In this document: positions 18,864 through 26,841 of the stretch, piece after piece
Layout: each line of letters opens with the position of its first letter
Numbering within the stretch: the stretch's first letter is position 1
NCBI GenBank assembly: GCA_027050205.1
Contig: JALUCS010000095.1
Span: 1-32,050 of the forward strand
Source of the DNA: a candidate division WOR-3 bacterium
GTDB taxonomy: Bacteria; Hydrothermota; Hydrothermia; LBFQ01
Length of the DNA: 32,050 bases
Reading direction: 5' to 3'
Program-made: the position numbers and the translations under genes
Notes under the pieces: model-generated
Database searches by the model: none
What the model saw: the letters and a program-made list of their open reading frames with translations, nothing else
What the model was told of the DNA's origin: nothing

Positions 18864-19097
18864 GAGGCTTCAAAGCATACGGAGAATGGGTATTACTCCG
18901 ATGAAGTGAGATCGTTCCGTAGCCTTGTCAAGCGAGGAAGTGGAATTTTAAAGATGGGCTTTCAGTTTATGAAAGTAGATTTTTACATTCCTTAAATAGG
19001 GATTAGCGATTTCTTAAAGGATAAATTTCAGATTTTGAAAGTGCATTCGTCCCCCGTCGAACGGTGAATGGAACCCCAGACGACGGACAGGAATCCT

Positions 19098-19451
19098 CTA
19101 CCGGTTCAATGCCCGGAGAATGAGGGAAAAAACGAAGTAGAGTAGGCTGTAGAGGAGCCAGGCTTCCAACCAGTAGAGGAGGTTGTGCGCCGTTATTCCA
19201 GAGATGAGGTGGAGGACGAAGAGGAACGTTATGAGGTTCAGGACGAAGTTCCATATCCCCAAGGTGAGGAGATTGACCGGGAAGGTCAGGAGCTTGAGGA
19301 CAGGCTCCACGAAGGTGTGGGTTACCCCCAAGAAGAAGGCCGCCACTAAGAGGGGAGGCCATCCGGCTATGCTGAACCCATCCATAAGGTAGTCGGTGAT
19401 GGCGAGGGCAACGGCGCTCGCGAAGACCCGCAAGATGAACTTCCGCCCCAT
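19098..19451 (-). CDS. 4-TM phage-holin-family / YvlD-like membrane protein
   Basis: V.PVLKLLTFPVNLLTLG.WNFVLN signature. Start re-called at MGRK, after TAGAAT and GGGAG. Confidence 0.8.
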   Translation of the reverse strand: MGRKFILRVFASAVALAITDYLMDGFSIAGWPPLLVAAFFLGVTHTFVEPVLKLLTFPVNLLTLGIWNFVLNLITFLFVLHLISGITAHNLLYWLEAWLLYSLLYFVFSLILRALNR

Positions 19452-19524
19452 ACTCCCCGAAGCGGGTATTCTACGGGGATAGCCGCGTGGCAGGTGGGAG
19501 GCCTGCAGCTTTAGAATACGAGCG

Positions 19525-20310
19525 GTGAAAAGGGCTATATTGGTTATCTTTCTCGTACTCCTTGGGGCCGCCATAGGTGGTGGGATCGGGGTAGGTGTGG
19601 CGGTCTACTTCCTCCAGAACAGGAACCCCACAGAGCAGGAGACCGCTGTCCCAGATACGTCCTCGTCTCCCGTACCCGAAGCGGCAGAGCTGGCCGCAAA
19701 GATAGCGCAAGGCGAAACGGTGAGGGAGACCCCATCCCGCAGGGTCAAGGCAGAAACGGGGAAGAAGCGGAGGGAAAGTACGGCCCGTAAGGAGGAGGGA
19801 ACGTCCAAAACCGAGCCGAAGGACACCGTTCCCACTGTGGCAGTAGTTAAGAAGGATACCTCAAAGGGCCTCAGGTTGGAAGGTGGGGGCCTAAAAGCGG
19901 AGGCCCCGAAGTCCACCGGTACCGACATAAGCGCACCGACGATAGACTTGAGCAGTACCATAGACCTCAACACCCCCAAGCCTCGCCCCACGACGGGGGT
20001 TCCGACGGTCACGCCGGAGCTCAAGCCCAAAACCACCCCCTCCCTGACCATCAGTTCCCTTTCGGAGAGCGAGATAAAGAAGGTGTATTACACCGAAGGG
20101 AACCTCGCCAAGGCGGAACGGATGCTCCGCAAGGAGCTGAAGCAGAACCCCCGCAGCGCCCTGGCTAAGAAGTACCTCCGCCTGATAAAGTTGGAGCGTC
20201 AGGCCTTGGCCCTGGAGGCCCAGGGGGACAGCGAGGGGGCCAAACGGATCTGGCAGCAGATCCTCAAGATAGCCCCGGACCACCCACGGGCTAAGAAGCA
20301 CCTGCGGTAG
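19525..20310 (+). CDS. Membrane-anchored protein with low-complexity linker and C-terminal TPR-like helices
   Basis: N-terminal TM, P/T/K/E-rich linker and GNLAKA...NP / GD.EGA...W...L...PDHP. Confidence 0.65.
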   Translation: MKRAILVIFLVLLGAAIGGGIGVGVAVYFLQNRNPTEQETAVPDTSSSPVPEAAELAAKIAQGETVRETPSRRVKAETGKKRRESTARKEEGTSKTEPKDTVPTVAVVKKDTSKGLRLEGGGLKAEAPKSTGTDISAPTIDLSSTIDLNTPKPRPTTGVPTVTPELKPKTTPSLTISSLSESEIKKVYYTEGNLAKAERMLRKELKQNPRSALAKKYLRLIKLERQALALEAQGDSEGAKRIWQQILKIAPDHPRAKKHLR

Positions 20311-21001
20311 CCCACGCCTTCTGGAGGAGGCAGGCGGCCGAGAGGAGGGCGGCCGTTTCCACGCGTAGGATTATCCTTCCGAGGGAGAACCCTTCAAAAC
20401 CTGCCTTCGCTATCGCCTCCTTCTCCTGCGGTGTGAAGTCCCCTTCGGGGCCTATCAGGACGACGTTCCTCCTTTGAGGGGAGAGGGAGGTTATGGGGGT
20501 GCGGCTGCCGATGATGCCGGCGAACTTGCCCTCGTAGTCGGAGAAGGCCTCCAACACCTCGTAAAGCTCCATCGGGGGAAGGACCTCCGGGATGTCCGTC
20601 CTCTTTGACTGCTTAACGGCCGATAGGACTATCCTCATCCACCTATCCTTCCTCTCCTTCGGACGGCGGACGGTCCTCTCGCAAACCATCGGAACTATCC
20701 GTTTTACCCCTATCTCCACGAGGCGAGATATGAGGTCGTCCAGCCGCTGCCCCTTGGGCGGAGATACGGCCACTACCACCTCAACCGGTGGGAGTAGGGG
20801 GGGAAGCTCCCGCACCACCTCCAGTACGGCCTCCGCTCTCTTCCTGTCCAAAGATACGATCTTGGCGACGTACTCCCTCCGACCGTCAAATATGCCGACG
20901 GTGTCCCCGACCTTGTACCTTAGGACCCTGTGGAGGTGGTGAAACTCGTCCCCCTCCACCTTGGCTATGGCCCCCTTAACCTCGGCGAAGAACCTGTCCA
21001 T
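20291..21001 (-). CDS. rsmE: 16S rRNA m3U1498 methyltransferase
   Basis: HHL.RVLR, KQSKR, LIGPEGDF and LG.IILRVETA. Confidence 0.93.
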   Translation of the reverse strand: MDRFFAEVKGAIAKVEGDEFHHLHRVLRYKVGDTVGIFDGRREYVAKIVSLDRKRAEAVLEVVRELPPLLPPVEVVVAVSPPKGQRLDDLISRLVEIGVKRIVPMVCERTVRRPKERKDRWMRIVLSAVKQSKRTDIPEVLPPMELYEVLEAFSDYEGKFAGIIGSRTPITSLSPQRRNVVLIGPEGDFTPQEKEAIAKAGFEGFSLGRIILRVETAALLSAACLLQKAWATAGAS

Positions 21002-21011
21002 AGAAGGGATG

Positions 21012-22109
21012 TTATCGCCGTATTACGGTCCGGCTCCCAACCCTCCCGGAACCGTACCTCAAGAGGAGGAGGAAGACCCCCCTCCCGTCAGCCGCCTTAA
21101 CCCTCCTGCCGTCCGCTGAATATACGGCTAAGGTATCCGGCACCCCGTCCTCTTCTTCTCCCACTCCCGTTGTTGAAGAGGTCGCCAAGCCGAAGCCGAA
21201 GGCCGTCTCGTACCACATCATGAACTCCCCACGGGAGGGTACGAAGACCACGTCGGGCGCCCAAGGTCCCCTGACGTCGGCCGGTGGGGTGTATGTACCG
21301 ATGAGTGGATTTTCCGGATGCTTCGTCCATACGACCCCATCGTTGGACGTGGCGTAGCCTATCCAGAGGGTGTCTATATCCCCGTCCGCCAATATGTCTT
21401 CTACGGACGCACCGCAGTACCACATCTCAAAGAGGGTGTCCCTCTTCAGGACGGTGGGGGTGGCAACGGCGAAGCCGTCCCAATCTGATGCCCCGCCGGG
21501 CGTCAGAACGGGGTTCTCCGGCATCTTGGTCCAGTGTATGCCGTCCGGTGATGTGGCTCCCCCTATCCTGACCCTCCAGGTGGTATCCGCACCGGAGAAG
21601 TACATAAAGTAGAGGCCAGAGGAGGGGTCGTAGAGGACAGTGGGGGATTCCAGAAAGAGGCCGTCCCAGTCCCCATCCGCTCCGGGAGAGAGTACGGGGG
21701 AGGTCCCTACCCGGCTCCAGGATACGCCGTCCGAAGAGACGGCCAGGCCGATGGCCCCTCCCGGCGGATCGTTGTCGGAGTCCCCGAAGTAGTACAGCTT
21801 GAACTGGCCGTCGTACAGTATATCCGGCGTATCTAAGAAGTGGGAGTCCCATCCGGTGGAGTCCGGGCCGAAGACGGGGGTAGCGGAGCCGTACTTCGTC
21901 CAGTGTATCCCGTCCGTTGAGAGGGCGAGGGCTATCCTCCCCTTCGTATCCCGCCCACCGGCGGCGTAGTACATACGGAAGGTGTCCCTAAGGAGGATTA
22001 CGGAGGGGCTGCCTATGGTTTCCTCGTAGAAGTTGCCCTCCCTGACCATTACGGGGTTGGCCGGGTACTTTATCCATACCGTCTGGGCCGTCAGGAAGGG
22101 CAGGAACAC
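21012..22109 (-). CDS. Secreted five-bladed propeller glycosidase-like protein (GH32/43/130 superfamily) with short CTD
   Basis: Repeated IG.A.S.DG..W.K...NPV units and C-terminal VYSADGRRV. Confidence 0.75.
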   Translation of the reverse strand: MFLPFLTAQTVWIKYPANPVMVREGNFYEETIGSPSVILLRDTFRMYYAAGGRDTKGRIALALSTDGIHWTKYGSATPVFGPDSTGWDSHFLDTPDILYDGQFKLYYFGDSDNDPPGGAIGLAVSSDGVSWSRVGTSPVLSPGADGDWDGLFLESPTVLYDPSSGLYFMYFSGADTTWRVRIGGATSPDGIHWTKMPENPVLTPGGASDWDGFAVATPTVLKRDTLFEMWYCGASVEDILADGDIDTLWIGYATSNDGVVWTKHPENPLIGTYTPPADVRGPWAPDVVFVPSRGEFMMWYETAFGFGLATSSTTGVGEEEDGVPDTLAVYSADGRRVKAADGRGVFLLLLRYGSGRVGSRTVIRR

Positions 22110-22156
22110 CTCCCCATTCTAAGGGGGTCGCCGCAGCGACCTTAAAATCCCGTCCC

Positions 22157-22972
22157 TTGAGAAGGTTGGCCATCGCTTTGGGTGTCGTAGGGATCCTCGC
22201 TTCCGTCGGGTGTAGGTGGTACCCCCCGGAGGGGAGGGTGGGTACCTTCGTCTGGTCCACGGAGATGTGGGCGGACACCCTTGACTCCTGCGTGTCCTAC
22301 ATAGACTCCGTCTATAAGGGGACGGACAAACTCGGCCCCGGCGTGAAGAGCGGGGTAGTGTGGCTGGTGGAGGACGACGTAAGCGACACCGCCTGCAACC
22401 GCTTTGGGGTAGACCCCGCCATACACTACTTCAAGCGGGACGACAGGGTGGATTACCAGTACCGTCGCCTCTTCTTCAACTACGACACCGCCACGGGTGA
22501 GCCTATAGTCGCCCCCGGAGACCGCTACTCCCTCTGCGCCGCCATCAGGATAAACGATGAGACCCGCCACCGCTGGGGCCTCAAACTCGTGATGCCTAAC
22601 CCCCCGGACAGCTCCTTCCTTGACTCCATACCGGACGAGGTGGTGGTGGGCCAACCCTACCACATCTCGTGGTCGCCCGACACCCTCGCCAACGCCTACA
22701 TGATCCGGTTCATCGGCTACGACGACTACGGGTACTACTGCTACGTTGAGAACATCATAGACACCCCCTCCGTGACCTTCGCCCTGTACGAGGTCGTACC
22801 CGGTGAGTGCGTCCTGATAGACCCGGAGACGGGTAAGCTACAGGACAGCCTTCGGATAGACATCGTGAACCTCTACCGCCTCACCTACGACTACGGCGAT
22901 ATGTTCGGGGAGACCCGGAGCATGGGGAGGATAACGAAGTGGGTAAGGTTAAGGCCGCCCTCCTCCCGCTGA
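22157..22972 (+). CDS. Hypothetical lipoprotein
   Basis: MRR, a hydrophobic stretch and the lipobox SVGC. Codon usage is typical of the window. Confidence 0.65.
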   Translation: MRRLAIALGVVGILASVGCRWYPPEGRVGTFVWSTEMWADTLDSCVSYIDSVYKGTDKLGPGVKSGVVWLVEDDVSDTACNRFGVDPAIHYFKRDDRVDYQYRRLFFNYDTATGEPIVAPGDRYSLCAAIRINDETRHRWGLKLVMPNPPDSSFLDSIPDEVVVGQPYHISWSPDTLANAYMIRFIGYDDYGYYCYVENIIDTPSVTFALYEVVPGECVLIDPETGKLQDSLRIDIVNLYRLTYDYGDMFGETRSMGRITKWVRLRPPSSR

Positions 22973-23907
22973 TCCTCTTCCTCTCCTGCGTAGAGCGGTT
23001 TGAGGTGGTTGAGAGCTCTCCCCCGGCCATACCGGAGGGGGAGGGGGGAGTCTGGGTCCTTACGACCCTGTCCCCCGAACTCTGGTACGTAGGGGACTCT
23101 GCCCGTAGGGTCCTGTTTGCCGGTATGTGGGCCAACGACCTGACCCTCTACGGGGACACCCTCCTGATAACCAACTCCGGCGACAACAACGTCCTCCTCT
23201 ACGTCCTCTCCACCGGCACCCTTGACACGTTGGACGTCGGGACGGGCAGGAACCCCTGGGCGACGGCCTACGACCCCCGGACGGGTAGGATATTCGTCTC
23301 CAACTTCCTGACCAACTCCGTCTCCGTATTTGAGGGTGGGGAACGGGTGTCCGAGATAGAGGTCGGCCCCAACCCGGAAGGGGTGGTGGTCGTGGGGGAC
23401 CGCCTCTACGTAGCCTGCACCGGATACTCCGATGGGTACAGGAGCCGCCTCTACATCCTCTCCACGGACAGCCTGAAGGTCCTGGACTCCTTGAGGTTCG
23501 GGACCAACGTTCAGGTGGTGGTGGCCGACCCGGAGGGGGACATCTACGCCGTAGCGACGGGGGACTACTCCTCCAGTGAGGGGTGGCTCTTCCGGATAAG
23601 GGAGGGGGAGGTAAGGGAAAGTACCTTCGTAGGCGGCTCACCGGGGGACGCGTGCATAGGGAGAGACGGGAAGCTCTATCTGGTGGGTTGGTCGGGCAGG
23701 ATAACGGCCTACGACTGGGCGGCCGAGGAAATAATAAAGACCTACGAGACGGGCCTGAACCTGATGGGGTGCGGTTTTAAAGGGGACACCCTTGCGGTGG
23801 CCGACTTCGGGAACGACAGGGTACTGCTCATAAGCGACTCCGGGGAGGTGGCCAAGGCCTACGCCGTAGGGGACGGCCCCATAGACGTGGTACCGGACGT
23901 AAGGTAA
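22939..23907 (+). CDS. YncE/YVTN-type beta-propeller lipoprotein
   Basis: Lipobox FLSC and repeats of VG.NP, IFVSNF..NSVSV, LYVAC and VGDGP. Confidence 0.8.
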   Translation: MGKVKAALLPLILFLSCVERFEVVESSPPAIPEGEGGVWVLTTLSPELWYVGDSARRVLFAGMWANDLTLYGDTLLITNSGDNNVLLYVLSTGTLDTLDVGTGRNPWATAYDPRTGRIFVSNFLTNSVSVFEGGERVSEIEVGPNPEGVVVVGDRLYVACTGYSDGYRSRLYILSTDSLKVLDSLRFGTNVQVVVADPEGDIYAVATGDYSSSEGWLFRIREGEVRESTFVGGSPGDACIGRDGKLYLVGWSGRITAYDWAAEEIIKTYETGLNLMGCGFKGDTLAVADFGNDRVLLISDSGEVAKAYAVGDGPIDVVPDVR

Positions 23908-24050
23908 GCCGGCAATATGGGCGTACCCCCAGCAGGGGAGGTGTTTTCCCCACCTTACCCGAATATGACCGTTGTTCCCCTTGATCTCCTGATGGAGGAT
24001 GAGGACCTAATCCCCACGGGCGGGAAGGCTATTATCGTCCCTTTATCGGA

Positions 24051-24614
24051 CTACCTGACGATCACCTTCTCTATCTTACCGCCTACCTTTACGAAGTATA
24101 TACCCGGCGCCAGGGGGATGAAACGGCTATCCCTGCACGTCCCCACCCTCCTGCCGTTGGCATCCCATACCTCCGCCTTTAAGCCACCGGGGAGGGACAG
24201 CCTTATACCTCCGCTTTCACCCCGAACCGTGAAGGTTTGGGGAGTTTCCCGTGTCTTTAACGCCCCTTGCGGAGATGGAGCGTCGTTTTCTCTGGCCTCT
24301 TCTTCCGCCTTCTTGAGAACCCTTTCAAGTTCCTTAAGCGCCCTATCTAACCACTTGTGGAAGGCCTTTATGTCAAGGTTAGTGTCAATTGAGGCTGGGA
24401 GGATCAACTCAACGTACAGGCTATCTTCGGTATAAACCTCCCTGACGTAAATATACGGACGTATCAGGACGTTGGTAGAGAAAGAGCCATAGAGGTCTTT
24501 TATGGATGTGAGGTTGCGGGGTACCTGTTTGATAATCGCACCCCGCCCGACCATCTCAATTACGGTGAGGGTGTCAAACCCTCCGCTGATTGTGGAGGTT
24601 AGGAATACAAGCAT
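24051..24614 (-). CDS. Small hypothetical protein with T9SS-like CTD
   Basis: EVWDANGRRV...PGIYFVKV...KVIVR C-terminus and a strong SD AAGGAGGT. Confidence 0.75.
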   Translation of the reverse strand: MLVFLTSTISGGFDTLTVIEMVGRGAIIKQVPRNLTSIKDLYGSFSTNVLIRPYIYVREVYTEDSLYVELILPASIDTNLDIKAFHKWLDRALKELERVLKKAEEEARENDAPSPQGALKTRETPQTFTVRGESGGIRLSLPGGLKAEVWDANGRRVGTCRDSRFIPLAPGIYFVKVGGKIEKVIVR

Positions 24615-24711
24615 CTCCCTACCTCCTTTCTTCCCCTTTCCCTCTCCACCCTCCGGGTAAAGGGGTTAAACCCCGAAGGGCATCTCCACCGTTATTGGTG
24701 GATAAGGAAAC

Positions 24712-24740
24712 ATTATACACCCGTAAGTTCAATTTGTCAA
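24712..24740 (-). promoter_or_regulatory. Perfect consensus sigma-70 promoter TTGACA-N17-TATAAT
   Basis: -35 at 24740-24735, -10 at 24717-24712, exact 17-nt spacer. Confidence 0.9.
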
Positions 24741-24942
24741 GTCCAACGCTACTGTTCTCTTCGCGTGTTCCGGGTGTTAGCATCCATATGAGCCAGTAGT
24801 TTCGCGACCATATTGAATGGAGATGGAGAATTGGGAAATACGGGACATTCCCTAACAAGGAAGACGAGGAATCGCAGATGCCTTTGGTGTTCAAGGAGCG
24901 TACGAAAATATGGATACAGGTTTTTCCCTTCAATTCCGGATT

Positions 24943-25683
24943 TTACTTCGGCGGAGGGAGATCTATCTTCACCTCCGGGGCTACGTCAAGGCTGTCTAAG
25001 GACAGGCGTTGTACTTTCCTCCAGTAGATTACCTTCCCGCCTTTGACGTACCCCCACCCCGTCGTATCCCTAACGAGAAAGACTCCTCCCACCGCCGTAT
25101 CCACCATCGCATACCTCGGTTTGACTATCCACCTACCTCCCGTATCCACGACACCCCAACCCTCCGGGGTCTCAACCTTCGCCCAGCCCTCTTCGTTGAA
25201 TGGGTAGAAGTTTATGTAGTATCCCCCTAAGAACCTACCGGTCGTGTCCGTTAGCTTCCAGGCGTTCCGGAGCCGGACCCAGAATAGGCCGTAGTTGGCC
25301 GGTACTACGGCGAGATATTCCGGCTTGATGAGGTACCTCCCCCTCCTGTCTATCACCCCCCACAGGGTACCCTTTACGACGGCCGTACCGTCCTTAAAGC
25401 CCTTCGCAACCTTGAACTTCGGCGGTATCACCACCTTACCGGACGTGTCGGCGTACCCGTAGGTTAAGCCGTCGGGTGAGAAGGGGGCGAGACCCTCGGA
25501 GAACCATCCAAGGTACTTTACCCCCTTCATTACGAAGACCACCTTCCCTTCGGTGTCCATCGCCCCCCATCCGGAGTCGCTCTCAAACGGTAGAAGCACG
25601 CGTGGGCGTCCAACTTCGTCCTCCCCCTTGCCACAGGACGAGAGGAGTGCGCTCCCGACTACAACCAACGTAAGATAACGCAT
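24943..25683 (-). CDS. WG-repeat lipoprotein
   Basis: Lipobox LSSC, FSEGLA and repeated WG..D..G...I.P.Y. Confidence 0.85.
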   Translation of the reverse strand: MRYLTLVVVGSALLSSCGKGEDEVGRPRVLLPFESDSGWGAMDTEGKVVFVMKGVKYLGWFSEGLAPFSPDGLTYGYADTSGKVVIPPKFKVAKGFKDGTAVVKGTLWGVIDRRGRYLIKPEYLAVVPANYGLFWVRLRNAWKLTDTTGRFLGGYYINFYPFNEEGWAKVETPEGWGVVDTGGRWIVKPRYAMVDTAVGGVFLVRDTTGWGYVKGGKVIYWRKVQRLSLDSLDVAPEVKIDLPPPK

Positions 25684-25710
25684 AGGCGTATTATACCCTT
25701 ACTGCGGGAC

Positions 25711-26346
25711 TCACTTCAACAACCTCATTATCGCAACGATGACGCTAATAATCGCCACGGTCTGGGAAATCGCAAGTACGAACATCCACCTGATGATGTC
25801 GGACCTCACCTTCTGTACCTCCGCCCGCAACTTCCCTATCTCGTTCCAGACCTTGGCCAACTCCCGATACATTTCGGCCCGGAGCTTACCTATCTCGTCG
25901 TGCATCTCGGAGCGAAGTTTTTCTATCTTCTCCGTCATCTCGGCCCGGAGCTTACCTATCTCGTCGTGCATCTCGGAACGGAGGCCCTCAATCTTCTCCA
26001 TCATCTCGGTGCGGAGGCCCTCAATCTTCTCCGTCATCTCGGTGCGGAGGCCCTCAATCTTCTCCGTCATCTCGGTGCGGAGGCCCTCAATCTTCTCCGT
26101 CATCTCGGACCGGAGGTTTTCTATTTTCTCATCTACCTCGGTACTGTGCTGGGCAAAGAGCTTATACATCTCGGAGCGGAGTTTCCCTATCTCCTCTGCC
26201 AACCTACGGACGAACCTCTCCTCAAGGATGCGGAAGAGATAATCTCTTATTCTTTCTCTCTCCTCCTCAAGCACCTCAAACAGGGCATCTACCCCGTCTT
26301 CGCCGAGCTTTTCCTTTAAAGTGTTCAAAGCAGTGAGTTTGCTCAT
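25711..26346 (-). CDS. DUF1640/CCDC90-like coiled-coil protein with C-terminal TM anchor (start re-called at MSK)
   Basis: LKEKLGEDG head, 11-residue repeats and IIRWMF plus a hydrophobic tail. TATAAT lies 10 nt upstream of ATG 26346. Confidence 0.8.
   Translation of the reverse strand: MSKLTALNTLKEKLGEDGVDALFEVLEEERERIRDYLFRILEERFVRRLAEEIGKLRSEMYKLFAQHSTEVDEKIENLRSEMTEKIEGLRTEMTEKIEGLRTEMTEKIEGLRTEMMEKIEGLRSEMHDEIGKLRAEMTEKIEKLRSEMHDEIGKLRAEMYRELAKVWNEIGKLRAEVQKVRSDIIRWMFVLAISQTVAIISVIVAIMRLLK
25870..26190. repeat. 33-bp tandem repeat array (hendecad coiled coil)
   Basis: Exact copies of catctcggtgcggaggccctcaatcttctccgt at 26002, 26035 and 26068, flanked by degenerate units. Confidence 0.92.
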
Positions 26347-26395
26347 TTCAACGCCTATTATAAGGGGGAGAACGACCCCCTTAAAATCAAAGGAC

Positions 26396-26809
26396 GTGGC
26401 CTCCCTATTCAACGCCCTCTACCTGTGCTACTTGGGGCAGGGGTGTAAAGCCGCCCTCCTGCAAGCGGCGAAGAAGGACGCAGAAGCCGCCTTCCTCTAC
26501 AGGGTTTGGGACCGCATCCCCGACCAAAAGAACTTCGCCTACGGCTATATGAAGGTACTTAGGGGAGACTTCAGGGAGAAGGAGTTTGAGGTCAAGAGCA
26601 TTTACGACAGGTACATCTTAGCAGTCTTCTATGAGCGCCTTGGCCACCGCGAAAGGGCGGCGAGGGAGTACATGGCCGTGTGCGAGAAGGCTGAAGGCCT
26701 CTTCGCAGCCGAGTCGTGCTATAGGGCATACACCTTGGGGCTAACCTCGGCCAAGGACGTGCTGAAGAGGAGGTTCCCCGACACCTACTACCTCTACTTC
26801 ACCGACTGA
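26396..26809 (+). CDS. Hypothetical helical/TPR-like protein (start re-called at GTG 26396)
   Basis: YILAVFYERLG...RAAREY and C-terminal L..RFPDT.Y. TAAAAT lies 8 nt upstream. Confidence 0.55.
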   Translation: MASLFNALYLCYLGQGCKAALLQAAKKDAEAAFLYRVWDRIPDQKNFAYGYMKVLRGDFREKEFEVKSIYDRYILAVFYERLGHRERAAREYMAVCEKAEGLFAAESCYRAYTLGLTSAKDVLKRRFPDTYYLYFTD

Positions 26810-26841
26810 CAGCCACCCACCTTAAACTCCCCCCCTAAGGG

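Noticed and set aside
18960..19042. CRISPR array (66-bp period, TGAAAG-like ends)
   Set aside because: Only two 17-bp units, and no cas genes or third repeat.
19098..19451. Prophage implied by the holin-family gene
   Set aside because: This family is commonly chromosomal, and no phage genes are nearby.
23935..23955. Terminator hairpin between convergent genes
   Set aside because: Short competing stems with no U tract after them.
24660..24700. Fluoride (crcB) riboswitch suggested by GGAGATG
   Set aside because: The complementary pseudoknot and downstream GCTRATGR elements are missing, and the downstream gene is unrelated.
24697..24721. Two near-DnaA boxes (TTATCCACC, TTATACACC), hinting at oriC
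   Set aside because: Each has a mismatch, one is simply the -10 box, and there is no cluster or adjacent dnaA.
25870..26190. CRISPR-like 33-bp repeats
   Set aside because: The units are contiguous with no spacers and lie in frame within a coiled-coil gene.
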